Source: an uncultured virus (IMG/VR IMGVR_UViG_3300047546_001190) (lineage: Duplodnaviria; Heunggongvirae; Uroviricota; Caudoviricetes). Taken from it: a DNA stretch of 20,000 bases. Of the stretch, positions 8,347 through 16,747 are shown piece after piece (positions within the stretch are counted from its first letter, which is position 1; each line of letters opens with the position of its first letter). Location: the IMG/VR virus record IMGVR_UViG_3300047546_001190; one strand, 5' to 3'. The position numbers and the translations under genes were made by a program. Under the pieces are notes generated by a model. That model ran no database searches, was not told the origin of the DNA, and saw nothing but the letters and a program-made list of their open reading frames with translations.

Positions 8347-9978
8347 ATGAATGCTCTGAAATCTCATAAAACAGTTGAACAAATTGCAAAGAAGCATCGT
8401 CTTGATGTTTCTTTCATTCAAAAACAACTTGACATGGGTGAACCTATTGAGCATGAACATACTAAAGATCATGATCTTGCAAGAGATATTGCTCTTCAAC
8501 ACTTAGATGAAATTCCAGATTACTATACCCGTTTGAAGAAAATGGAATCGGATGCTAAGAAACATCATAAGCAATTCAAAGATGTAAAAGTATCCGAAGA
8601 TCTTCGTGATTGGTTTGGAAAAGGTGGAGAAGGTGGTGTAGGTGGTGGTGGATGGGATCGTTACAACACTAAAGGTGAAAGAATTGGTAAATGTGCTCGT
8701 GAACCTGGAGAACCAAAACCAAAATGTCTTTCAAAGGAAAAGGCAGCAAAAATGTCTAAGGATCAAATTGCTGCTGCTGTAAGAAGAAAGAGAGCAAAAG
8801 ATCCTGTTGCTGATAGATCAGGTAAAGGAGGAAAACCAGTCATGGTATCTAATAAGATTAAGGAAGAAATGGAAGAGCAAAGATATTGCCCTCTTTGTGA
8901 TAAAAGAGAGACTAAATCAGAATGTTCTTATGGTAAGAAAGCATGGGAAGATTTTTCAGTGAAAGATCACGAGTATTCTATGGCAAGATCTGAACTATCA
9001 ACTGTAGCAGCTGCAGTTAAAAGACTTCAGAAGAAAATGGGTAAAGGTGAGGGTAATATTGAAGCATGGGTACAATCCAAGATTACAAAAGCAGCAGATT
9101 ACTTGGATAGTGCTGCAGACTATGTGGATAGTGGAGAAATGGAAGAGGCATGTTGGTCTGGATATAAGCAGGTTGGCATGAAAAAGAAAGGAAAGAGAAT
9201 TGTTCCAAATTGTGTTCCAACTAGTGAAAGTAAATTGGTTAATGAAATTCTAGAACAAATTGAAGGTGAAAAAGAACTGAAGAAACTGGAAGAGGAGAAT
9301 AAACCAACCAATCCAAAACTCTGGTCTAGAGCAAAGGCACTTGCTAGACAAAAGTTTGATGTATATCCAAGTGCATATGCTAATGGTTGGGCATCAAAAT
9401 GGTATAAGTCGAAAGGTGGTGGTTGGAAATCTGTAAGTGAAGAGGTTGAGTTAGAAGAAGCAACTAGACTTCAAGCAGAGAATGGAAACATTATTGCTGT
9501 TATTCTTTCTTGGAGAGGAAAGACTTATTCTGCAAGAATGTTCTTCCCACAACCAAACATGCCATCTAGAAAAGATGTAACTGATGAGATTCAAAAGGTG
9601 TATCCAGGATCTCAAGTTCTTCAATATAATGTATCTGGACTTCAACCAGGAATGCCTTTGATTCAAGTTATTGATCAAAGATCCAAAAACTATCTCTTGA
9701 ATAATAAAACTATTGGAGAAGATTGGCAGAAAGTAAATCGTCAAGATAAGACTGATGGTTTAAGTCAAGCAGCAGTTAATGCTTACCGTAGAGAAAATCC
9801 AGGTTCTAAATTGCAAACAGCAGTTACTGAAAAAAATCCCAGTGGTAAGAGAGCAAAACGCAGATCTTCATTTTGTAGTCGTATGAAAGGAATGAAGTCA
9901 AAACTTACTTCAGCAAAAACTGCGAGAGATCCAGATTCAAGAATCAATAAAGCACTGCGTCGTTGGAACTGTAATTAA
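8347..9978 (+). CDS. Modular Lys/Arg-rich hypothetical protein, probable capsid-internal polyprotein (543 aa)
   Basis: ATG 8347 preferred over the track's TTG 8317. About 7-8 unrelated small modules separated by Glu-rich linkers. The N-terminal EHEHT..IALQHL.E.PDYY.RL and C-terminal RRSSFCSRM..SRINKALRRW modules recall DUF5661- and DUF6321-like domains (from memory, unverified). Confidence 0.75.
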   Translation: MNALKSHKTVEQIAKKHRLDVSFIQKQLDMGEPIEHEHTKDHDLARDIALQHLDEIPDYYTRLKKMESDAKKHHKQFKDVKVSEDLRDWFGKGGEGGVGGGGWDRYNTKGERIGKCAREPGEPKPKCLSKEKAAKMSKDQIAAAVRRKRAKDPVADRSGKGGKPVMVSNKIKEEMEEQRYCPLCDKRETKSECSYGKKAWEDFSVKDHEYSMARSELSTVAAAVKRLQKKMGKGEGNIEAWVQSKITKAADYLDSAADYVDSGEMEEACWSGYKQVGMKKKGKRIVPNCVPTSESKLVNEILEQIEGEKELKKLEEENKPTNPKLWSRAKALARQKFDVYPSAYANGWASKWYKSKGGGWKSVSEEVELEEATRLQAENGNIIAVILSWRGKTYSARMFFPQPNMPSRKDVTDEIQKVYPGSQVLQYNVSGLQPGMPLIQVIDQRSKNYLLNNKTIGEDWQKVNRQDKTDGLSQAAVNAYRRENPGSKLQTAVTEKNPSGKRAKRRSSFCSRMKGMKSKLTSAKTARDPDSRINKALRRWNCN

Positions 9979-9994
9979 GTAGTAGGTTTTCGTT

Positions 9995-11644
9995 ATGTCA
10001 AATGATGTTTATCTTGGTAATCCGTTACTAAAAAAAGCAAATACACCAATCGAGTTTACTCAAGATCAGATTCTTGAGTTTGTGAAGTGTAAGGAAGATC
10101 CTGTTTACTTTGCAAAGAACTATGTGAAGATTGTGACTCTGGATAAGGGATTGCAACCTTTCCAGATGTATCCTTTTCAGGAGAAGTTGGTTAATAACTT
10201 CCACAATCATAGGTTTAATATCTGTAAGATGCCACGACAGACTGGTAAATCAACCACTGTAGTGTCCTTCCTGCTCCACTATGCCGTCTTTAATGATAAT
10301 GTCAACATAGGTATCCTTGCAAACAAAGCAGCAACCGCAAGGGAGCTCCTGGATAGGTTACAGACTGCATACGAAAACTTACCTAAGTGGATGCAGCAGG
10401 GTATTATATCTTGGAACAAAGGTTCTTTAGAATTAGAGAATGGATCAAAGATTCTGGCTGCTTCTACGTCTGCAAGTGCTGTCCGAGGCATGTCATTCAA
10501 TATCCTCTTCCTGGACGAATTTGCGTTCGTTCCAAACCATATTGCAGATTCCTTCTTTGCATCTGTTTATCCTACTATTACTTCTGGTAAGAGCACGAAA
10601 GTAATCATCGTTTCTACACCACACGGTATGAATCACTTCTACCGCATGTGGCACGATGCAGAAAAGAAGAAGAACGAATATATTCCAACTGATGTTCACT
10701 GGAGTGAAGTTCCTGGAAGAGATGAAGTTTGGAAGGCTCAAACTATTGCCAACACATCAGACCAGCAGTTTAAGGTTGAGTTTGAGTGTGAGTTCTTAGG
10801 ATCTGTTGATACTCTGATTGCTCCCAGCAAACTGAAGAGTTTGGTTTATGATCATCCTCTTAAAAGAAGTGCTGGTTTAGATGTTTATGAAGATGTAAAA
10901 GAAAACCACGATTATGTAATCACAGTTGACGTTGCTCGTGGTGTAGGAAATGACTACTCTGCATTTACGGTCATAGACATTACAACATTCCCACATAAGG
11001 TAGTAGCAAAGTATAGAAACAACGAAATCAAACCGATGCTATTCCCAAGCATTATTGTGGACGTTGCAAAGAATTATAATGATTCTTACATCCTATGTGA
11101 GGTAAATGATGTTGGAGATCAAGTGGCAAGCATCGTTCATTATGACTTGGAATATAATAATCTCTTGATGTGCTCTATGCGTGGTAGAGCAGGACAAATT
11201 GTTGGGCAAGGATTCTCGGGAAAGAAAACCCAACTTGGGGTGAAAATGTCCAAGACGGTTAAGAAAGTTGGATGCCTAAACCTCAAGACTATGATTGAGG
11301 AAAACAAACTTCTTATTAATGACTATGAGATTATTGCAGAACTTACGACTTTCATTCAGAAGCATAATTCATTCGAAGCAGAAGAAGGTTGTAATGATGA
11401 CTTAGCTATGTGCTTAGTGATCTATGCATGGTTAGTTGCTCAGGATTACTTTAAGGAACTTACTGATCAGGATGTTCGTAAGAGAATCTATGAGGAACAG
11501 AAAAATCAAATCGAACAGGATATGGCACCTTTTGGATTCATCGTTGATGGATTTGATAATAATAGTTTTGTAGATTCTGAGGGAGATCGTTGGTATGCTG
11601 ATGAATATGGTGACAGATCTTATATGTGGGAGTATCTATCTTAA
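9995..11644 (+). CDS. gp17: Terminase large subunit gp17
   Basis: Walker A PRQTGKST, Walker B ILFLDE, coupling motif VSTP.G, nuclease motifs VDVARG and DDLAM. Confidence 0.97.
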   Translation: MSNDVYLGNPLLKKANTPIEFTQDQILEFVKCKEDPVYFAKNYVKIVTLDKGLQPFQMYPFQEKLVNNFHNHRFNICKMPRQTGKSTTVVSFLLHYAVFNDNVNIGILANKAATARELLDRLQTAYENLPKWMQQGIISWNKGSLELENGSKILAASTSASAVRGMSFNILFLDEFAFVPNHIADSFFASVYPTITSGKSTKVIIVSTPHGMNHFYRMWHDAEKKKNEYIPTDVHWSEVPGRDEVWKAQTIANTSDQQFKVEFECEFLGSVDTLIAPSKLKSLVYDHPLKRSAGLDVYEDVKENHDYVITVDVARGVGNDYSAFTVIDITTFPHKVVAKYRNNEIKPMLFPSIIVDVAKNYNDSYILCEVNDVGDQVASIVHYDLEYNNLLMCSMRGRAGQIVGQGFSGKKTQLGVKMSKTVKKVGCLNLKTMIEENKLLINDYEIIAELTTFIQKHNSFEAEEGCNDDLAMCLVIYAWLVAQDYFKELTDQDVRKRIYEEQKNQIEQDMAPFGFIVDGFDNNSFVDSEGDRWYADEYGDRSYMWEYLS

Positions 11645-11874
11645 TGGACTTAGATGGTCAAATTAGACTTGGACATTTACTTCTAAATGATAGGAAGTGT
11701 AGGACTTGTGGTGAAATAAAAAACTTAATCGAAGGATTTTATAGAACAAGAAAAAATAGAGGACCAGTACCATCTTCATATTCATATGAATGTAAAGAGT
11801 GTACGATTAAACGAATTGTCAGTGAAAGGAAAAAGAAGGACCCATTTTCCGACTGGTCTTACCCTGATTGGTAG
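11644..11874 (+). CDS. Small Zn-ribbon protein (CxxC...CxxC), 76 aa
   Basis: CRTC and CKEC pairs. ATG 11644 overlaps the gp17 stop (TAATG) and is preferred over 11626. Confidence 0.75.
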   Translation: MDLDGQIRLGHLLLNDRKCRTCGEIKNLIEGFYRTRKNRGPVPSSYSYECKECTIKRIVSERKKKDPFSDWSYPDW

Positions 11875-11913
11875 TGTTCATGCGCCGTTTCCCCACCTAA
11901 AAAGTCAATTTTA

Positions 11914-11920
11914 ATAAATA
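11914..11920 (+). promoter_or_regulatory. T4-type late promoter for gp18
   Basis: Intergenic ATAAATA, followed by SD AGGAG at 11943-11947 and ATG 11954. Confidence 0.75.
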
Positions 11921-11953
11921 TTTTCAGACAAACTGAAGTATCAGGAGAAAAAC

Positions 11954-14176
11954 ATGGCGACTCCTCAATTATCTCCAGGCGTACTCGTCAGAGAAGTTGA
12001 TTTAACTGTAGGGAGAGCTGATAATGTTTTAGATAATATTGGAGCAATTGCGGGTCCTTTCTCGATTGGTCCAGTTGACGATCCAATTGACATCACCACA
12101 GAACAAGAACTCATCAACGTATTCGGCAAACCACTCTCTACGGATGGTCAGTACGAGTATTGGATGAGTGCATCATCATTCCTTTCCTATGGTGGTGTTC
12201 TCAAGGTTGTAAGAACTGATGGCACCAGCTTAAATAACGCAAATTCTGGTGTAGGTTTTGCATACACAACCGCACTGAAAATCAAGAATTTTGATGATTA
12301 TCAGGCAAACTACTCTGATGACCTCGCAGATTATGTATTTGCTGCAAAGAACCCAGGTTCTTGGGCAAACAATCTGAAAATCTGTATGATTGATGATAAA
12401 GCAGATCAAACACTTGGAATTACTACCACGGACTTATCTTCTGCTGGTGCAATTATTGGATATGGTGTTACAACTCCTCTTGTAAACGCAGTTATTCCTG
12501 GTGTAGGATCGACCACAGGATTCAACGGATACATTAAGGGTATCATCACTGGTGTTTCCACTGCTTCAACAACTGGAACCAGTTCAATTGATGTTAAGAT
12601 TCTCTCAAGAGTTTCTACAGCAGCAACTGATAATGGAACTGAGTATCCAATCAACTATGCTCAAGGAAACGCAAATGCTTCTTTCCTTGCATCTGATGCA
12701 ATCACCTTCTACAATAATGCAGGAATTTCAACAGGAAACGGTGCTGTTTCTGCAGTTACAACCGCAACAGACTGGTATGATTCACAAACTCTGAATCTGA
12801 CAAATACTACCATTTTCTGGAGTTCGATTGCACCTAAGCCTATCAGCAACGGATATGTTCTTGATAGACAGGGTAAGAACGATGCTCTGCACGTAGTTGT
12901 TGTTGATGACACTGGTTCAGTAACTGGTATTCAAGGCAACGTTTTAGAGAAGCATCTGAATCTTTCTAAAGCAAGTGATTCAGTTTCTGCAGTCAACGCA
13001 CCTCAGAAAAATTTCTGGAAAGATTATCTGGCACTTTACTCTTCTTATGTTTATGTTGGAGACAATCCTTCAACTGGAAATGATTCCTATCACGGAACAA
13101 CTCCACTTGCAACTGGATTCTCTTCAGGATTTACCAAAGTAACCGAAGGTGCTGGTCAGTGGAACCAACTTGCTCAAGGAACTACTTATAGTGCTTTAGG
13201 TAACGTAACCTATGCTTTAGGTGGTGGTGTTGACTATTCCGCATCAAACGGAATGACTGCAACTCTTGGCAATCTCTTCACATCATACAATCTTTTCTCC
13301 AACAAAGATGAAATTGCTGTTGATTATCTGATCATGGGTCCTGGAATGGGCAACAAGTTTGAGTCGCAAGCAAAGGCAAATCATCTTATTTCAATTGCAA
13401 ACAATAGAAAAGATTGTATTGCTGTTATCTCCCCACACAGAGCTGATCTGATTCAAGGAGATGGTGGTCCTATCACCAACACCGATACACAGACTGATAA
13501 TGTAATTCAGTTCTTCAGTTCACTTTCATCTTCATCCTATGCGATCTTTGATAGTGGATACAAGTACACTTATGACAGATTCAACAACAAGTTCCGTTAC
13601 CTCCCATGTAACCCAGATGTTGCTGGTCTGTGTGTAAGAACTTCAATCTTTGCTTTCCCATGGTTCTCACCTGCAGGACAACAAAGAGGAATTCTGAATA
13701 ATGCAATCAAACTTGCATATAATCCCAACAAGGCTCAGAGAGATCAACTGTATCCTCAGAGAGTTAATGCGATCGTGAATCAACCAGGAACTGGTATTCT
13801 TCTCTTTGGTGATAAGACTGCCCTTGGTTACGCATCTGCTTTTGATAGAATCAACGTTCGCAGACTGTTCCTCACAGTTGAGCAAGCACTTCAGAAGTCA
13901 GCAGAAGCACAACTCTTCGAACTGAACGATCAAATTACCAGAGCAAACTTCGTTAACATCGTTGAACCATATCTCCGTGACATTCAGGCAAAGAGAGGAC
14001 TCTATGGATTCCTCGTTATCTGTGATGAAACAAATAACACTCCTGATGTAATTGATAATAATGAGTTCAGAGCTGATATCTTCCTGAAACCAGCTAAGTC
14101 TATCAACTACGTCACACTTACCTTCGTTGCCACCAGAACTGGTGTAAGTTTCGAAGAAGTTGCTGGTAGAGTTTGA
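11954..14176 (+). CDS. gp18: Contractile tail sheath protein gp18
   Basis: LSPGVLVREVDLT, PWFSPAG..RG, FDRINVRRLF, DETNNTPDVID and KPAKSINYVTLTFVATRTG. Confidence 0.97.
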   Translation: MATPQLSPGVLVREVDLTVGRADNVLDNIGAIAGPFSIGPVDDPIDITTEQELINVFGKPLSTDGQYEYWMSASSFLSYGGVLKVVRTDGTSLNNANSGVGFAYTTALKIKNFDDYQANYSDDLADYVFAAKNPGSWANNLKICMIDDKADQTLGITTTDLSSAGAIIGYGVTTPLVNAVIPGVGSTTGFNGYIKGIITGVSTASTTGTSSIDVKILSRVSTAATDNGTEYPINYAQGNANASFLASDAITFYNNAGISTGNGAVSAVTTATDWYDSQTLNLTNTTIFWSSIAPKPISNGYVLDRQGKNDALHVVVVDDTGSVTGIQGNVLEKHLNLSKASDSVSAVNAPQKNFWKDYLALYSSYVYVGDNPSTGNDSYHGTTPLATGFSSGFTKVTEGAGQWNQLAQGTTYSALGNVTYALGGGVDYSASNGMTATLGNLFTSYNLFSNKDEIAVDYLIMGPGMGNKFESQAKANHLISIANNRKDCIAVISPHRADLIQGDGGPITNTDTQTDNVIQFFSSLSSSSYAIFDSGYKYTYDRFNNKFRYLPCNPDVAGLCVRTSIFAFPWFSPAGQQRGILNNAIKLAYNPNKAQRDQLYPQRVNAIVNQPGTGILLFGDKTALGYASAFDRINVRRLFLTVEQALQKSAEAQLFELNDQITRANFVNIVEPYLRDIQAKRGLYGFLVICDETNNTPDVIDNNEFRADIFLKPAKSINYVTLTFVATRTGVSFEEVAGRV

Positions 14177-14195
14177 TTTTAGATTATAAATCACT

Positions 14196-14203
14196 AAAGG
14201 AGG
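14196..14203 (+). promoter_or_regulatory. Strong Shine-Dalgarno (AAAGGAGG) of gp19; near-consensus late promoter TATAAATC at 14185-14192
   Basis: Read directly, 9 nt upstream of ATG 14213. Confidence 0.7.
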
Positions 14204-14212
14204 AACCTAAAA

Positions 14213-14827
14213 ATGGCACAAATTCCAACAAGAGGCATTTCACAATTTAAATCAAAACTGATTGGTGGTGGTGCTCGTCCTAATCTTTTTGAGGTTGACG
14301 TTACCTTTCCCGCAGGAGTAAGTCTTGGAGTTCAGGGTGATGGCACTGGGCAGTTTGACAAAGAGAACTTCCGTTTTCTTTGCAAGGCAGCTGCCCTGCC
14401 AGCATCAAACGTTGCTCCAATCGAAGTTCCTTTCAGAGGTCGCACTCTGAAAGTTGCTGGAGACAGAACATTTGATGTTTGGACCGTAACCATCATTAAC
14501 GATGAAAACTTCTCACACAGAAGAGCATTTGAAGCATGGATGCAAAACGTTGCTCAGTACGGAGATCACTCTGGTCTTGTGAACCCAACGGATTACATGG
14601 GTAATGCTATTGTTTACCAACTTGGTAGAAGTGCATCAAATACTCAGGGTAACAACACAACTGGGGACAACGCAAACATTCTGGCACAATATCGTTTCAT
14701 CGATATTTTCCCAACTGCTGTTTCTCAGATTGATCTTTCATACGACACTTCAGACACAATTGAAGAGTTTACTGTTGATTTCCAAGTTCAATACTACTTC
14801 CCAGAAGCACCTGGAACTGGAGCATAA
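14213..14827 (+). CDS. gp19: Tail tube protein gp19
   Basis: GGARPNLFEV, CKAAALP, FRGRTLKVAGDRTF..WTVTIIND and IEEFTVDF. Confidence 0.96.
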   Translation: MAQIPTRGISQFKSKLIGGGARPNLFEVDVTFPAGVSLGVQGDGTGQFDKENFRFLCKAAALPASNVAPIEVPFRGRTLKVAGDRTFDVWTVTIINDENFSHRRAFEAWMQNVAQYGDHSGLVNPTDYMGNAIVYQLGRSASNTQGNNTTGDNANILAQYRFIDIFPTAVSQIDLSYDTSDTIEEFTVDFQVQYYFPEAPGTGA

Positions 14828-14833
14828 TAAATA
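14827..14833 (+). promoter_or_regulatory. T4-type late promoter for gp20
   Basis: TAATAAATA overlapping the gp19 stop codons. Confidence 0.65.
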
Positions 14834-14860
14834 GATCATACGTAGATAAGAACTTTAATA

Positions 14861-16537
14861 ATGGCAAAGTTATTTGGATTCTCTATTGAGGATACTGAAC
14901 CACTTTCTCCGAATGCAGTCTCCCCCGTCCCACCTAATAATGAGGACGGGGTTGACCACTATCTGAGTAGTGGTTTTTTTGGTTCATATGTTGATATTGA
15001 AGGTATCTATAGAACTGAGTTTGATCTGATTAAAAGATATCGTGAAATGGCACTTCACCCAGAATGTGATAGTGCTATTGAAGATATCGTAAATGAAGCA
15101 ATTGTATCAGACACGAATGATAGTCCTGTTCAGATTGACTTAGATAATCTGAATGCAAGTGACGGTATCAAGAAAAAAATTAGAGATGAATTTAAGTATA
15201 TCTTAGAACTCTTAGATTTCGATAAGAAGGCGCACGAAATCTATAGAAACTGGTACGTAGATGGAAGAATCTACTATCATAAAATTATTGATCTCAAAAA
15301 TCCTCATGAGGGCATTCAAGAGTTGAGATATATTGACGCTATGAAAATGCGTTATGTAAGACAAGACAAGAAAAAAAAGAAAGATCAATATAGACTCGGA
15401 AATTCTAATACAGATAATCCGATGGATTATGAGTTTCCTGAAATTGAAGAGTACTTTATTTACAGTCCAAAAACTGCTTATCCTACTTTAAACCCAACTT
15501 CAACAAGTCAATCCAACGGCATCAAAATGTCAAAGGATTCAATCACTTATTGCACATCAGGTCTTGTAGATAGAAATAAGGGATCAACTCTTTCATATCT
15601 CCACAAAGCAATTAAGTCTCTCAATCAACTTCGTATGATTGAGGACTCACTGGTTATCTACCGTTTGTCTCGTGCTCCAGAAAGAAGAATCTTCTACATC
15701 GATGTAGGTAATCTTCCTAAAGTAAAGGCAGAGCAATATCTCCGTGATGTTATGATGCGTTATCGTAACAAGTTAGTATATGATGCTAACACTGGAGAAA
15801 TTCGTGATGATAAAAAGTATATGAGTATGCTTGAGGACTTCTGGCTTCCTCGTCGTGAAGGTGGTAGAGGAACTGAAATCTCTACTCTTCCTGGTGGTCA
15901 GAATCTTGGAGAAATTACTGATATTAAGTATTTCCAAGAAAAACTCTATCGTTCTTTGAATGTTCCATCATCAAGAGTTGGTGGGCAGGAAGGATTCAAT
16001 CTTGGACGTTCATCAGAAATCTTAAGAGATGAACTTAAGTTCAGTAAATTCGTTGGTCGTTTGAGAAAGAGATTCTCAAATATGTTTAGTGATATGCTGA
16101 AGACTCAATTGATTCTTAAGAATATTATCACTCCAGAAGACTGGGAGGTTATGAATGAGCATATTCAATATGACTTCCTCTATGACAATCACTTCTCAGA
16201 ACTCAAAGATGCTGAGTTACTGAATGAAAGACTTTCGTTAGCAGCAACTGCGGCACCTTATGTTGGTAAGTATTATTCTCAAGATTATGTAAGACGCAAG
16301 ATTCTGCGTCAAACTGATCAGGAAATTGTTGAACAAGATGCAATCATCAAGAAAGAGATTGAAGATGGTGTAATTCCTGATCCATCTCAAATGCAAATTG
16401 ATCCTATGACAGGACAACCTATTCCTATGCCTATGGTTGGTGATGCTGCTGGTATGAATCTTGGACAACCAGTTATGGAACCAGACTTAGAACCCCAAGC
16501 AAAAGCAGTTGAAGTTCCTAAAGGTGGGGAAATTTAA
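14861..16537 (+). CDS. gp20: Portal vertex protein gp20
   Basis: YLHKAIK..NQLRMIEDSLVIYRLSRAPERRIFYIDVGNLPK and EDFWLPRREGGRGTEISTLPG. Confidence 0.98.
   Translation: MAKLFGFSIEDTEPLSPNAVSPVPPNNEDGVDHYLSSGFFGSYVDIEGIYRTEFDLIKRYREMALHPECDSAIEDIVNEAIVSDTNDSPVQIDLDNLNASDGIKKKIRDEFKYILELLDFDKKAHEIYRNWYVDGRIYYHKIIDLKNPHEGIQELRYIDAMKMRYVRQDKKKKKDQYRLGNSNTDNPMDYEFPEIEEYFIYSPKTAYPTLNPTSTSQSNGIKMSKDSITYCTSGLVDRNKGSTLSYLHKAIKSLNQLRMIEDSLVIYRLSRAPERRIFYIDVGNLPKVKAEQYLRDVMMRYRNKLVYDANTGEIRDDKKYMSMLEDFWLPRREGGRGTEISTLPGGQNLGEITDIKYFQEKLYRSLNVPSSRVGGQEGFNLGRSSEILRDELKFSKFVGRLRKRFSNMFSDMLKTQLILKNIITPEDWEVMNEHIQYDFLYDNHFSELKDAELLNERLSLAATAAPYVGKYYSQDYVRRKILRQTDQEIVEQDAIIKKEIEDGVIPDPSQMQIDPMTGQPIPMPMVGDAAGMNLGQPVMEPDLEPQAKAVEVPKGGEI
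14954..14980 (+). terminator. Intragenic Rho-independent terminator-like hairpin within gp20
   Basis: ACCACTA (14955-61), loop TCTGAG, TAGTGGT (14968-74): a perfect 7-bp stem running into a T7 tract (14974-80). Confidence 0.55.
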
Positions 16538-16543
16538 TAAATA
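16537..16543 (+). promoter_or_regulatory. T4-type late promoter
   Basis: TAATAAATA overlapping the gp20 stop. Confidence 0.65.
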
Positions 16544-16567
16544 ACAACGATTATAAATTTGAAAACT

Positions 16568-16744
16568 ATGGATGAATTAATGGATATGATTGTTACTGAT
16601 GAGAGTCCTTCTCAAATCAGTGACAAAATTAAAGACCTTCTTTTTGCTAAGGCATCGGAAAGAGTTGATTCTTTCAAACCTGAAGTTGCAAATTCACTCT
16701 TCGGAGAAGATGAAACTGAGGAAGAATACGAAGAGGAAGAGTGA
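16568..16744 (+). CDS. Small acidic prohead core protein, gp67-like
   Basis: Directly after the portal gene, like T4 gene 67; amphipathic helical N-terminus and acidic tail EDETEEEYEEEE. ATG 16568 preferred over TTG 16559. Confidence 0.65.
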   Translation: MDELMDMIVTDESPSQISDKIKDLLFAKASERVDSFKPEVANSLFGEDETEEEYEEEE

Positions 16745-16747
16745 TAA

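Noticed and set aside
14174..14212. Inverted repeats in the g18-g19 gap (TGATTT/AAATCA, TTTTAG/CTAAAA)
   Set aside because: Short, AT-rich stems expected by chance; no U-tract.
14974..14980. -1 ribosomal frameshift at T TTT TTT in gp20
   Set aside because: The heptamer is in phase, but the hairpins lie upstream rather than downstream and the -1 frame hits TGA within a few codons; a terminator explains it better.
9995..16537. Inteins, introns or homing endonucleases in g17, g18 or g20
   Set aside because: Proteins are of ordinary length with contiguous motifs; no splice-junction, LAGLIDADG or HNH signatures seen.
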